From: the human T2T-CHM13v2.0 reference genome, Homo sapiens
Length of the DNA stretch: 64,000 nt
Reading direction: 5' to 3' (one strand)
NCBI RefSeq assembly: GCF_009914755.1
Contig: NC_060931.1
In this document: in pieces, positions 30,960 to 44,860 of the stretch
Layout: the number at the start of each line of letters is the position of its first letter
Position numbering within the stretch: the first letter of the stretch is position 1
Notes under the pieces: model-generated
What the model saw: only the letters and a program-made list of their open reading frames with translations
Told to the model about the DNA's origin: nothing
Database searches by the model: none
Translations under genes and position numbers: made by a program

Positions 30960-32560
30960 GCAGAGAACTAAGCATATTTACAGGTTGGGAGGAAGAGCTC
31001 ATGGTGTGGGAGTGGCTAGGTACAAAGAAGGAGAGCATGGGTGCTGAAGCAGGTTTCTGCAGAGATGCGAGGGCTGGGATGCAGAAAGTAAGTGGAGAGT
31101 TTGGCCCCGGCCCGTAGGAAAAAGGCTTCTTAATCTGAAAGGAGAAGGGCAAAGATGAAGAGAGTGAGAGTAGATGCAACAAAACTTGTGGAGATGATGA
31201 AAGGTAAGAGGTTAAAGTATTTCTTCTTGATGGCCCCCATTAAAGGGCCATTAAGCTTCTCAATAAAGTTGGATGCATGGTTGAGGCATTACAGAAGAGT
31301 GGTGAAAATTTTAAATTATGTGAAAAAAAATAGGTACCCTAAGCCAGGTACACAAGATGAAGCTATGGCCCATCCAAGGTTAGAGGCTACAAATTTGTAG
31401 AGTACAAATCTGCTCAATTTATAATTTTCTTGGGCTGCAGTACAGGTGTCAAAAATACCAAAGGCAAGGTGACTACAGTCAACAACAATGTACTGTACAT
31501 TTTAAAATAACTAAAAGAGTATAATTGGATTATTTGTAACACAAAGAAAGGATAAATGCTTGAGGTGATAGATATTCCATTTACCCTGATGTGATTATTA
31601 CACATTGCATGCCCGTATCAAAATATCTCATATACCCCATAAATATAGATACCTACTAGGTATGCACAAAAATTAAAAATAAATAAAATATCAGAAGCAG
31701 ACAGTTTATCCCAGAACCCAGGTGTTGCAGGGTAGGCACAGACTTGGATGAGGGTGACTAAAACATTGGATTTGGGTAAATGGGAAAGCAAATGAATTTC
31801 TGAATAGCATAATAGATTGGATGAAGGTGTAGTATGTAATCTAAAATCTGGACATACCAGTAAAAGAAGGTGGATATAATGGGACTAATGGAGTGAAAAG
31901 CTATGAAGGAGTAGGATATTATACCTTACAATTTCAGTGAGATAGGGGTTATGGCTGATAACCAGGGCCACAGTGAAACAACAGAAATGGATTGGGGATG
32001 AAAATTACTAGTGTTAGGAAGGTCAAGAAAGTCTGATGGAAAAAGGTTGGATGAGCTGCTCACTTGGACCTAGACAGATGGTAAGGCTTCGGATGAAGTG
32101 AAAGGCTGTGAACAGGTGTAAAATCTTTGATACATTTGAGGTGAGCAAGAACCCAATATATATGAGTAAACACATAGAAGGGGTAAAGTATGCCATAACC
32201 AAGTGGCATAAACATCAGTGAAGGAGTGGTTTTTACAGGAATGTTGAAGAGAAAGGACTTGTAAACAGCATTGTGGAGTTAGGAAAATGCTGAGAAGATG
32301 ACCCCAGGAAAATGAGCAGCTTTCACAATAGAGATATTCAGAAGAAGCTTTGCCCTTTAGAGAGAGCTGGGTTCCAGGGAAGGCAAGAAGTCAACTGAAG
32401 ATATTGTGAGTATGTAGGAGTGTCTTCATCACTGATTGAATTTTCCAAAAGAAATGATATGAAAGACTGTGGAGGAATAAACCAGCAAAATGGTAGTTCC
32501 AGAAAAAATGAGCACAGGAAATGGAAATAGAATTCTGAAAGAAGAAAGATAAGTAAACAG
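30960..32560 (-). mobile_element. Decayed L2 fragments (purine-rich top strand)
   Basis: Composition and scattered antisense L2-like motifs; boundaries uncertain. Confidence 0.4.
31467..31684 (+). mobile_element. L1MA (MA2-5-like) 3' end
   Basis: ggtgactacagtcaacaacaat...ccctgatgtgattattacacattgcatgcc...aaaattaaaaat; degenerate TSD aaaataccaaaggca / aaaatatcagaagca. Confidence 0.85.
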
Positions 32561-33204
32561 AGCTACATTTTCGATAGTAGTCAGTGATGACAGAATGGCA
32601 AGGATATGAGAGAAAGTGCGATTCCTAGCCTTAAGGTTCTAAATGTAATTTGGGTATAGCATTTTCCCAGTAGTGATTAAGCTGAGCCACCGGATAATGT
32701 CTGAGGCTTCCTCAAGTGAGTGTATAGGAGTCTCTGCTCAGACAATTAAAGCAATCCCTAGAGTGTTTTGAAATGGAAAGAGCTCTGGATCCCCTGAACT
32801 TGACAGCATGTGAAGATGTTGTGTGGTGTATGACTTGCCATTCACTGGTGAATTGCAATTAATCTCCCCCCAGTTCCATCCCCAGGCCACTAAAATCTCT
32901 TGGAGAACTATATGTTGCCAATAGAAGATTGGGAGTCCATTCTGACGTGATTGGATGATTGAAAATAATACCTCTGACAGTAGCAGCTGTGGCTTTAGCA
33001 GTAAGAAACTTAGTCAAGTAATCCTTTCTCTTGAAACTTTTTCCTTCATTTTCAAATTATCTTTCTCTGCTTACATAATACCTTATGCAGATATGGAGTC
33101 ATGATTTTTAAGACTTAATGCCTGTCCTAGCTATAAGACAGTTTAGCCAATAAAAAAGGCAGCAAACATTTCATTCCAACTTTGCTGTCTATTGGATTTT
33201 ATTT

Positions 33205-33530
33205 ATTACAGGTCAAATGACTTACGGGATTAGTGAGAAGGTTGAAGAAACAGACTCTAGTTTGGCTCCTAGGAATGACTCCCAAACAACATTGCAGAAT
33301 AGTATCATCAAGGTAACTTCTACATTTGCTACAATCAGAAGCTGTCCCTGTAATTAAGATGTTGCCAGGATAGCCACTAGCTCCGGAACCATACTTATTT
33401 TTCCAGGGTTATCCCAGACTCAACAGATTCCAATTCAAGTCCCATGAAGGTACATCTAATTGGGAGATTTCATGTCACATCCTGAGCCCTAGCATTGAGG
33501 GGATTCTTACTTTCCAGCATCTGAAGTACA
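33205..33530. mobile_element. Ancient MLT1 (MLT1M/N-like) LTR fragment
   Basis: ggttgaagaaacagactc...catctaattggg...gtcacatcctgagccctagc; resembles 46605-47180. Confidence 0.4.
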
Positions 33531-34034
33531 GATGGCAGACACTAGAAATAGAATAAATTGGATATTGAATGGGCCAATATCTACCACAATGTTCTACCCA
33601 TATTTTGGTAATAAGATTGATGATTATTCCATCAGGAAATATTGTCTCTTTGACCAGTGACTTCCAGAGATTACACTCCCCATTCTTATTGGGGTATTTC
33701 CTGAGTAGTAACATGCCCTCCAAATTGGAAAGTGCAAGGAGGAACTTTAAGTTCAAATTTCCTACTCTAGCTCAAGAGATGTTATTTATGCAAGTAAGTG
33801 ACATGAGAGGGAAATTTGCCATTTACCTGTGACTCCCATCCCCAGGTAACAGTAAATAGGTTCCGAGAGTTTATTTTTTAGCATAAAGGACCAACTACAA
33901 CCTTCCTAGCATCTGAAAACTGATGGTCATGAGACTTAGTTCTAAGAGACAATAAAACTACATTTGCCTCAAACAAGTAAGCATTAGAAATCAGGCCATT
34001 GGCCTAGAAGTGTTCATGTATTCCAAAACCAGTA

Positions 34035-35970
34035 TTTTTTATTTTTATTTTTATTTGTTTTTGAGACAGAGTCTCACCTTGTCGCTTGGATACATTGCAG
34101 GTGTATATATTCATGGGGTACGTGAGATATTTTAATACATGTATACAAAGCATAATACGATTTCATTCCCATCCATGTTGTTGCAAATGACGGGATCTCC
34201 TTCTTTTATGGCTGAATAGTACTTGACTGTGTACAACTACCACATTTTCTTTATCCATTTGTCTACTGATGGACACTTAAGTTTCTTCCAAATCTTGTAT
34301 ATTGTGAATAGTGCTGCAATAAACATAGGAGTGCAGATATGTCTTGGATATACTAATTTCCTTTCTTTTGGGTATAAACCTAGCAGTGAGATTAGATTGC
34401 TGGATCATATGGTTGTTCTTAGTTTGTTGAGGAACCTCCAAACTGTTCACCATAGTAGCTGTACCAATTTACATTATCAGCAACAGTGTATGAGGATTCT
34501 CTTTTCTCTACATCCTCACCAGCATTTGTTATTGCCTGTTTTTTTGGATAGAAGCCACATCTTAACTGGAGTAAAAAGATATCTCACTGCAGTTTTGATG
34601 TGAATTTCTGTGCTGATCAGTGATGTTGAGCAATTTTTTATATGCCTGCTTGCCGTTTCTATGTCTTCTTTTGAGAAATATCTATTCAGATCTTTTGCTC
34701 ATTTTTAATTGAATTATTAGATCAATTCCTATTGTTTAATCCATTTTGATTTGATTTTTGTATACGGCAAGAGAAAGCAGTCTAGTTTCATTCTGCTGCC
34801 TATTGATATCCAGTTTCCTCAGTATCATTTATTGAAGAGACTGTTCTTTATTCAGTATACGTTTTTGGCACCTTTGTTGAAAATGAGGGTATGGATTTGT
34901 TTCTGGGTCCTCTGTTGTGTTTCATTGGTCTATGTGTCTCTTTTTATGCCAGTATGATGCTGTTTTGGTTACTATAGCTCTGTAATATAATTTGAAATCA
35001 GGTAATGTGATTCCTCCAGTTCTGTTCTTTTTGATCAGGAAAGCTTTGGCTATTCTGTGTCTTTTGTGGTTCCAAATAAATTTTAGGATTTTTTTTCTAT
35101 TTCTGTGAAGAATGTCATTGGTATTTTGATAGCGATTGCATTGAATCTATAGATTGCTCTGAGTAGTATGGATATTTCAAGAATATCAATTCTTCCAATC
35201 CATGAACATGAAACATGGAATATCTTTCCATTTTTAGTGTCCTCTTCAGTTTCTTTCATCAATATTGTATAATTTTCATTACAGAGATCTTTCACTTTTT
35301 TAGATTTATTCCTAGGTATCTTATTTTATTTTTTTGTAGCTCTGTAAATGGGATTACTTTCTTGACTTCTTTTTCAGATTGTTCACTGTTAGCATATAGA
35401 AATGCCATTGATTTTTTTTTTTTTTTTTTTTTTTTGAGTTGGAGTTTCACTCTTGTTGCCCAGGATGGAGTGCAATGGTGCCATCTTGGCTCACAGCAAC
35501 CTCCGCCTCCTGGGGTCAAGCAATTTCTCCAGCCTCAGCCTCCCAAGTAGCTGGGATTGCAGGCACCCACCACCACGCCTGGATAATTTTTGTATTTTTA
35601 GTAGAGATGGGGTTTCGCCATGTTGGCCAGACCTGATAAAAAGTGATCCTCAACAAAATACTAGCAAACCAAATTCAACAGGTCTGTAATTTTCTTTCTT
35701 TTAATGTGTCTTTGTCTGGTTTTGGTATCAGGTTGATACTGGCCTTATAGAACGAGTTTGGAAGTATTCCCTCCTCCTCAATTTTTTTTTTTAGTTTAGT
35801 TTGAGTAGGATTAGTATTTGTTCTTTAAATGTCTGGCAATTTAAAGCAGTGGTGAGGCCATCAGGTCTTAGACTTTCTTTGCGGGGAGACTTCTTATTAG
35901 GACTTTGATCTCATTACTTGTTATTGGTCTGTTCAGTTTTGGGATTTCTTCATAGTTCAATCTTGGTAGG
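34035..35970 (-). mobile_element. L1MA (MA1-4-like) 5'-truncated, with internal deletions; carries a ~30-nt Alu 3' remnant at 34058-34085 and an Alu at 35412-35630
   Basis: Antisense ORF2 (35083..35295 'CSWIGRI...IYRFNAI'); TSD caaaaccagt 34024-34033 / caaagccagt 35971-35980. Confidence 0.88.
35412..35630 (-). mobile_element. 5'-truncated AluSp/Sq-like, no TSD
   Basis: T24 then gagttggagtttcactcttgttgcccagg...gcaatgg (Sp/Sq features); ends at catgttggccag. Confidence 0.9.
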
Positions 35971-36374
35971 CAAAGCCAGTCATTTTTCACAAAATTCAGG
36001 TTTGAGTATGAAGGTGCTTAGTTTCAGGCACAGTCAATACAGTGCAAATGATTGAAGCTAAAGCCTGAAATATTGAGGGATATAAAAGAAACAACTTTAA
36101 CACATGTATGTGAAGAGGCTATAAATGGTAACGTTTCTGGATCTTGAAGCAGAAATATGTAAAACAACTCTTATGTACATTTTGGACTTGTTGTATTATA
36201 TTTTAACATGTTGTCCTGATGAGGTCTTAGGGTAAGACCATGACTATGAGTAGCAGTTGGAGCCTTTTTTGAATGGTAGAAACATTCCCAATATCAATCC
36301 TCTTGAAAAGAGATGGACTATCAGACAAGGATATGAAGCTCAGAGAAAATACTGTAAAGGAGAGAGCATGTAGT

Positions 36375-36750
36375 GCTGACCCAAAGGCCAAATTCAGTCA
36401 ATAAACAGGTTCTATTCAACCAGCCCCATGTAGGAGCCCACAGGTTATTTTTTATTTTTTTGCTTTCTACTCTATAATTTATTTTATTTTTTTCACTGAG
36501 TTATTTATCTAGAAACAAACATTTCTAGATTATGATACTTCATATTTAAAAAACTTGTTTTCCATCTTTCTTGGAAGTTCTTGCAACCTGGGTCCCACAT
36601 TCCGTAATGATAACAAAGAGATCTGAGACATTGCTCTCCACAGTTTGCTGGGAACTCACCACTCCTTATTGTCTCTTTACCTGGCACACTTCACTTATTT
36701 AGATTTTCTGACAGGTCCCTGTATGCATCTGAGTTGGTGATTTCTTTCTG
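36375..36750. mobile_element. MER102-like hAT-Charlie element
   Basis: gcaacctgggtcccacattcc...caccactccttattgtctc...cctggcacacttcacttattt...ccctgtatgcatctgagtt. Confidence 0.65.
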
Positions 36751-37559
36751 AAAGTGTCAGCAAAAGGAGATCCCACCTTTTGTTAAGCTTACTCTCTTGG
36801 GCATGGCCTCAAAGGACTGCAGAATAGAACACCTATCTGGTAGAAGAAGTGAAGCTGGCAGAGAGCTCCGCAGGGAGATAGCCAATACACAGGGCCTGAT
36901 GCACTGGGGGGCTCAATAAATTTATGTGGAAGGAATTATTACATAAAGCAAATAGAAAAATAAAAATGAGAAAAACAGACATTTTTAGTTGGTTAGTTAA
37001 CAACTTCACTCATTTAAAAGGTGATTAGTTTTTCTTTCGGAATCTGGATTCTGTTCTTATTTGTAGAAAGTTTTATGTGTTAATTATTGCCTGTAATAAA
37101 TAAAGCATTATAATAAGTGTTATGAGAATACACATTTAGATTAAATAGCACTTCTCCAAGAAGCTTAATCAAAACATATCTATAAAATGGCCAAAATTAT
37201 CCCTCTTGAACTTTGTAGTAAATAGTAATTAAAAAATAATTCAACGGAGTTCTATTTATGCTACTTTTATTAAGACTAACCATTTGTTGGTTTTAAATTA
37301 TATGCCTCCTTTTATTAAAATAAATAACATGCTGACATAAATTAAAATGCTTTTGAACATTACAAATATATTTAAATTTCACACTTTTCTGTTTTATGGT
37401 AGAAGAATTAGCCGAATCAACTCTTACTTGCACTGATGTGCAAAATGCAGAGTTTTCCTTAATGGAAAAGATAATAAAAATGAAGCAGCATTTTCCAAAT
37501 ATTAATTCCTACTACGATGCTTACATATCCTTGAGATTAATTTGAATTTAATCACAAGC

Positions 37560-37775
37560 AGTATAGTCATGGGTAAGAGCATAGATTATGAAGTCAAGGT
37601 GCCTACCTTGCGTGACTCAAAATGATCTTGAGCACGTCGCTTAATGTCCCAAAGCCCTAGTATCCCTCTGTACAGAGCAGGTCAGAATACCTATCTGAGT
37701 CATGGTAAAGGTCAAAAAAAATGACAAGTAAAGATCTTAGTACTTACTATGTGGCCACATAAGTATTCTGTAAAG
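37560..37775 (+). mobile_element. MIR fragment
   Basis: gtatagtcatgggtaagagcatagatt...gatcttgagcacgtcgcttaa...acataagtattc. Confidence 0.6.
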
Positions 37776-37994
37776 TTACAAAATACTGATGAAGGTATCA
37801 AATAAATATTTCTAGGTCACTGAACAAGCCACCGAAAGTCAGATAAGAGATGCCAAAAATGCCTAACTAGAATCCTCTAAAGTAAGAGTGGTTTTGTTTT
37901 TTTCCTGGAGAGTTTAGAAAATACAAATATTTTAATACAATTAAAGAGTTTGTTGGTTTATTTTATTTTACTTTTCCTCTTTAAGTTTGGCCTC

Positions 37995-38370
37995 TGAATT
38001 TAATTTTATTTCATAATTAGGTAAAATATGTAGATAGTTCAAAAGTCAAATCTACAAAGGAAAATATATTGAAAGAAGTCAAACTAGCTCTGTCTGCTCC
38101 TCACAATAGTATCTATCTCTCCCTCTTTCTTAAACAATAACACACTATACACACAATTTTTACCGAGGTTGTTTTTTCTGAAGAATATACCGTGGAGATA
38201 GCTCTGCAGCAGTACATGAAGATATTTCTCATTCTATTTTATAGCTGCTTAATACTCCATTGTGTGTATGTAGCAGAGTTTATTCAACCAGTCTCTCGTT
38301 AATGAATATTTGGATTATTTCTACTTTAGCAAATAGTGCTGCGATGAATAGCCTTGAATATACATGAGAG
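37995..38370 (-). mobile_element. L1ME-like 3' fragment
   Basis: ttcaaaagtcaaa...atactccattgtgtgtatg...ttattcaaccagtc...gctgcgatgaatagcc. Confidence 0.6.
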
Positions 38371-39402
38371 GATCTTAGGTTGGATCTCTAAGATGATTTT
38401 TAACTTAACTGAAACTTGAAGACATCCTGTAAAGTTTGAGAATTGAAATGCATGAAATACTGAATTAATACCTAGATGATAGGCCTACTCTTGGCCTTGT
38501 AGGTTATTGAGACAGTATAGGAAGCTGTCTTTGCCTGTGCAGAAAATTACGTCATTTGCTGAAGTTTTTTGTTCTTTATCAGCTATTTGTTATTGAAGAT
38601 AGCTTGCATCTGTCTTCAGTAAGATGTCAGGAAGCTTACTTAGCAGAAAGCTGAATACCATGAGCTTATTAAAATAAGTTTACATGGACCTTCATTGTAT
38701 TTCTCCATTTTAACATACATAATGAGAAGAAAAATATTTTAAAGACAGTGTTTTCCCTACCCCTCCTTTCTTTCTCCAAACTGTTAACCACTTTGGTAAA
38801 AGATCCTTTTTTTATATAGCTTTATGAGATATAATTCACATACCATAAACTCCATTCATTTAAAGTCTGTTGTTTAGTGTGTTTTATCATGTGTACAGAC
38901 TTGTACAACCATAACTACAATCTAATTTTAGAACATTTTTGCAACCTCAAAATGAAAACCCCTATCCATCAGTAGTCCCTCTGTATCTCCTACCAGCCCT
39001 GGATAGTCATTAACCTACCTTCTGTCTCTATAGATTTGCCTGTTAGAATCAAACAATATGTAGCCTTTGTGACTGACTTCTTTCACTTAACATAACACTT
39101 TCAATATTCATCAGTATTTTAACAAAAATCAACACTTCATTGATTTGTATGGCCAAAAAATATTCCATTCCATAGATAAACCACATATCCTCCTACCCCT
39201 AGACCTTGGCAAACAATATTCTACTCTTGGTCTCTTATGAGTTTGACCGCTCTAAGTACCTCATATAGGTAAAATGATACCATATTTATCTTTTTGTTAC
39301 TGGCTTATTTTACTTAGCAGAATTTCCTCACAATTCATCCATGTTGTAGCATATGTCAGAATTCCCTTTTTCCTTAAGGCTGAATAATATAGGCCATTGC
39401 AA

Positions 39403-39425
39403 GTGTGTGTGTGTGTGTGTGTGTG
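39403..39425 (+). repeat. (GT)11 microsatellite
   Basis: Read directly. Confidence 0.95.
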
Positions 39426-40009
39426 ACATTTTACTTAGCCATTATTTGTCTGTGGACACAGGTTGCTCCCATGTTTCAATTATTGTAAATAATGCTCCTA
39501 TGAATATGGGTATACAAATACCTCTTTGCAAATCTGCTTTCAATTATTTTGGTTATACACCCAGAAGTGGGATTAATGGAACATATGGTAATTCCATTTT
39601 TAATTTTTTGAGGAACCACTATACTGTTTTTCACAGTGGCTATAACATTTTGCATTCCAACAACAGTATACAAGAGTTTGCAATTTCTCTACATACACAC
39701 CAATATTTGTTATTTTCTTTTTTTTATAATAGTCATCTTAACGGGCTTGAAGTAAAATGCTTTGTCTGCATCAATTGAGATGATCATGCATTTTCCCTCT
39801 TCATTCTGTTAATGTGGTATAGTATATTTTTAGATTTTTGTATGTTGAAACATCCTTGCATTCAATTCCAAAAATAAATTCTACATGCTCATGCCATATA
39901 ATCCTTTTAATACATGGTTGGATTTGGTTTGCTAGTATTTTGTAGAGGACAAACATGGTATCAATGTTGTAAGGGATATTGGTATGTACTTTTCTTTTCT
40001 TATAGTGTC

Positions 40010-40340
40010 TGTCTTAGTTCATTCAGGCTGCTATGACAAAATGTCATAAACTGGGTAGCTTATATTAATAAATAGCAATTTATTTCTCACCGTCCTGGAG
40101 GCTGGGAAGTCCAAAATGATGATGCTGTCGGATTCAGTGTCTGGTGAGACCCTGTTTTGTGGTTCATAGATGGCACTCACTGTGTCTTCATTTGGTGGAG
40201 GTGACAAACTATCTCTCTGTGGTCTCTTTTATAAGGGCACTAATCCCATTCATGAGGCCTCCACCCCATGACCTAATTACCTCCCAAAAGTCCTGACTCT
40301 GAATACCATAACCTTGGGGGCTAGAATTTCAATGTACAAA
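40010..40340 (-). mobile_element. MLT1A0-like solo LTR inside L1
   Basis: tgtcttagttcattcaggctgctat...ggaggctgggaagtccaa...ttataagggcactaatcccattcatgagg...gaatttcaa. Confidence 0.88.
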
Positions 40341-43300
40341 TAGGTTGTTAGGTTTTGATTTCTAGGATTTTGTCCATTTAATCTACATTCTAAAATTTTT
40401 CAGCATGCAATTGCTCATAGTACTCTTGTATAATGAGTATACAAAAATCATAAAGGGGAGACATTACAACTAATTCTACAGAAAAAAATTTTTATTTTTA
40501 TTTTTATTCTTTAATTTTTATTTCTATAGAATTGGTTGTAATGTCTCTCCTTTGTGATTTTAGTAGTTTGAGTCTCTTCCATTTTTCATTAGTTCATCTA
40601 GCGAAAGATGTTAACTTTGTTAAATTTTTCAAAAAACCCAACTTTTGGTTTCATGACTTTATCTTCTTTCTATTCTACATGTCATTTATCTTTGCTCTAA
40701 TCTTTATTTCTATTTTTCTGGTAGCTTTGAGTTTAGTTTGTTCTTTTTCTGGTACCCTAAGTTGTAAAGTTGGGCTACTGATTTGAGATCTTTTCTATTT
40801 TTGAATGTGAGCATTTATAGCTATAAATCTCCCCCTTAGCACTTCTTTTGTTGCATCTCATAGGTTTAGTATATTGTGTTTTCATTTTCATTAATCTCTA
40901 CATATTTTATAATTTCCATTGGTTGTCTTTGATCCATTGGTTGTTTAAGAGTATGTTGTTTAATTTCTTCAATTTTGGATACTTTTATCTCTTTTATCGA
41001 TTTCTAACTTTGCTTTGTTGTGGTCAGAGAAGATACCATATATAGTATTTATCTTGTAAATATATTGAGATGGTACTTTTGGCCTAACACCTGGTCTATT
41101 CGGGAACCCAGTGAGCACTTGGGAAAAATGTGTATGCTGCTGTTACTTTGCAGAGTGTTTTGTACATACCTGTTAGATCTAGTGGCTTATTAAGTCCTAT
41201 GATTTCTTATTTTATTCTGTCTGGTTGTTCTATCCATCATTAACAACGGGGTGCTGGAGTCTCCAACTACTATGTAGAACTGTCTATTTCTCCCTTCAGT
41301 CTGTCAGTTTTTGCTTTATATATGTGTATATATAGATATATATGCTTTATATATATATATGAAGGCTTATATTACATACATGTTTATAATTTTTATACCT
41401 TCTTACTGTTTTATTAATATATTTATTAATATATAATATCCTTCATTATGTCTTGTAATCTTTGCTGATTTAAAATCTATCTTGTCCGATGTATAGCCAC
41501 CCTTGCTCTCTCGGTTACCAACTGTGCCAAATATCTTTTTCCATTCTTTTACTTTCAATCTATTTGTGTCTTTGGATCTAAAATGAATCTCTTGTAGACA
41601 GAATATAGTTGGAATATTTTTTATCCATCTTGCCAATCTGTCTCTTGATTGGAGAGTTTAATGTATTTACATTTAAAGTAATCACTTCTAAGAAGGGACT
41701 TACTTCTGTCATTTTGCTGTTTGTTTTCTATATGCCTTACAGTTTTTGAGGTCACTTTCTAATTTCCCCATGTATGCAGCTGCTTTTGAATGCCGTAGTC
41801 TTTGGTGTCTGATTCTCAGAAAGCAAGAAAAAAAAAAAGAAGAAGGAAGTAAACAGGGCACTGGGCTTAAGTCCCCTGGAAGCCACTGCAGCTAGAGGTG
41901 GAGGAGTTTGCAAAAATTACAGGAGGTGCAACAACAATGAGTACCACCTCTTTGACTGTAACTCTTTTGACTAAGTCCTTTTTAGCCACTCTGGCTCTCC
42001 CAAGTTGTGTGAAGGTTGCTCTAGGAACATGTATGTGTACAGCTGTTTGTCAAGGGGTTGGAACTAGGAGATGAGTAACTGCTACTGTGCTAAGAGTTGA
42101 AATTTGTCCAAAACTAACCACAATTTACCATCCAATTCTTCCCCTGAAAGTTGCAAGCCTTTAATAGACTTTACAGTTCCAAAACAGTTATATCAGATTC
42201 TGTCAGTGCAACTGCTGTCTAGGTAAAGAGATGGATTCCTGGTATTTCCTACTCTGCCTTCTTCCCAGAATCCTGCCATATTAAAGTCTACTTTGTATGA
42301 CTTTTGTATTGTCACTATTAGTTACAGCTTGCATGACATATCTTCTCCCATCATTTTACTTTCAATCTATTCTTGTCTTTGAATCTCAATTTATCTCAAG
42401 TATTGAATCTCAGTCTTTCTCATGTACAACCTATAGTTCAGTCATGTTTTCTTAATCCACTCTTCTGTCTGCCTTTTCATGGAAGGTTTTTGTGTATTTA
42501 TATTTAATATAATTACTGGTAAAGTAGGATTTATGTCTGCCATTTTGCTATCTGTTTTCTATATATCTTTGTCTTTCTTGTTTCTTCTCTATTAGTTCCC
42601 TCTTTGGTTTTTGAAGAAATATTTTTTAGTGTCCTATTCTAATTCCCTTGCTGCTTTTACTATATTTTTTAGTTATTTTGTTAGTAATTTTCCTAGGGAT
42701 TACAATTAGCATCTTAACTCAATCTAGTTTATACTGATACCTCCATTTTCTCCTCCCTCCTTTTGGTATCATTGCTATACCTGTTATATCTGTATACATA
42801 ATAAGTCCATCAACACATTTTTATAATTATTGTTTTATGCAGTTGTCTTTTATATCAGATAGGAGAAGAAATGTGTTACCATAAAATATATTTATACTGT
42901 TGTTTATATATCCCTATGTAGTTACCATTATCAATGCTTTGTACGTCTTCATGTGGATTTAAACTACCATTAAGTGTCCCCCAAGTCTTGACTCCTTTAT
43001 ATTTCCTTTAGCTGTTGCTTGAAAATTAAAGATTATTTTTGAACTTTTCCCTCTAAAAGAAACCAGATGTTACTTTCAACGTTCTGCTTAAAAATCTCCT
43101 GAGCCAAGTCTATCGGTTACTTAGGTATATCTTATATTTTCCACATAACAGCAGGTAACACATATCTACCACTACATGTAACACTACAATAACAGGTATC
43201 TACCACTACACACAGCAAAAGTCCCCTTTCCTCTAGCTTTCAATAATATGTTACTCCCCAACAGCCTCCATAAGGATTTCTACCAAGACAATCCCCTTAT

Positions 43301-44549
43301 TACAAATATCCATGTAACTTTTGTATTGTTAGTACCAAGTGTATTGGTACCAGGTATTGTCGGCACCAGCAGCAGTGTCAAAGAGAAGTGGCTTATCTAT
43401 AACAGTCTATGAAATGGAGCATCCCATGTGTGCCAAAAAAATTATACATGTGATCATGGAATAAGGTCTTTTCTAGGGATGGAGACAATAAACCATAAAA
43501 ATGTGATTTATTACTACTAATGTGACATTAAATGTATCCCCTGCATGGCAAGCAATAGGATACTTACTTTAATAAGTACAATAAATATTGTTTGACTTAC
43601 AAAGATTCTTCTTTGTTGAGATAAGATAATTAGTTTGTTCTATGGGCCATTATTTCTTCAAATCTTCACAATTATCGTTAACAAAAGTGGATAAGTTAAG
43701 TAATTGAGAAAAGTTGAAAAGGAATAGGAAGGCAAAAAAAAAAAAGAAAAGAAAAAAGAGAGAGAACCAGACAAGGTAGAGTTGGCACTCCTAGATGGTT
43801 TTGCTCAGCAAAGGCAATTTCCAAGGAATCTCTTTATTCAACTCTCTATTCATAACTCGCTGAAGGTTGGATAAATAAAGAAGTCCCAGAAGTTTGAAGA
43901 AAGAAAAGTTAAGTAATAGGGAATAGGCTTTTAAAGTAAGTTTCAGTTTAGATCTGCAAAAGGAAAGAAGAGCTAGGGAAAAACTCTGGTTCAATTGAGG
44001 CCTAGTTTAAAATATACAAGTTTGAGCCTGGAGAGACTGATAACCTGAAAAATAGGAATTTTTCCTTAATTTCTATATTTTGATGTCCATTTTGTATTTC
44101 ACAACAAAGCACAGAATGCTCCAAAAATATTACCAAGGAAGGCCTTCAAAATGCCTAGAAAATAAGGCAAACAGGAACCTCTCCTTGGACAGTTCAGAGA
44201 TGTGGGAGTTAATCATTTCAATCCAAGGAGGTGTCTAAGGAGTATGATACTGGTTTTTCTCACCTTATCTATCTAGTACTGGACTTATGAGGAAAACTCC
44301 AATATAATGAAGTCACTCAACAGAAATTATTTTGATCCACTGAAATGTTCCAAGAACCTGGGTCTATTTGAGGATATCAGAGTTTATTTAGGAATGAAAT
44401 AGACTTGTAAAGACATCATTATAATTCATTCTAATAAGTACCATTATATAAGAATATGCAGTGTTAAGAAATCACACAAAAATGGTAACAGAGCTGCCAA
44501 GAGTTTGGCAAAAACATAGACTCAATTTGAACTGAATCCTGACAAATGA

Positions 44550-44860
44550 GTTCAACTTAAAAAGAAATGAGGCAGATCTATATATATTGACCAGCAACAT
44601 TGTCCAAGGCATACTGAACAGCATGAAAGGCAAGTTACAGAACAAAATGTGTATTATGTTCTTTCTCCCGTAAGAAAAATATTTTACTTCATGTGTACAC
44701 TTACATAAGTATGTATTTATACATATGAAAATACATTTAGGCATATGTCTAAAACAACATAACCCAACAAGTAATAGTAGTTACTTCTTGAAAGGGGAGG
44801 GGAGGGGAGAACATAGGGGCACTATAACAAGATTCCCCTATGCTCCTACATTTATAAACA
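44550..44860 (+). mobile_element. L1ME4-like 3' end
   Basis: aaaaagaaatgaggcagatctatat...gcaagttacagaacaaaatgtgta. Confidence 0.6.

Larger units (their letters stand above)
38805..42980 (-). mobile_element. Cluster of old L1 (L1MA/L1MB/L1MD) pieces: 3' ends, ORF2, EN region and an L1M 5' end near 41760-42275
   Basis: agctttatgagatataattcacataccat; ORF 41403..41636 'PTIFCLQEIHFRSKDTNRLKVKEWKKIF' (EN); 5'-end-like ttcctactctgccttcttcccagaa near 42270. Confidence 0.78.

Noticed and set aside
38583-38618. Possible 36-nt plus-strand exon (tttatcag|CTATTT...TCTTCA|gtaaga)
   Set aside because: Good acceptor but weak donor, no recognisable peptide or partner exons.
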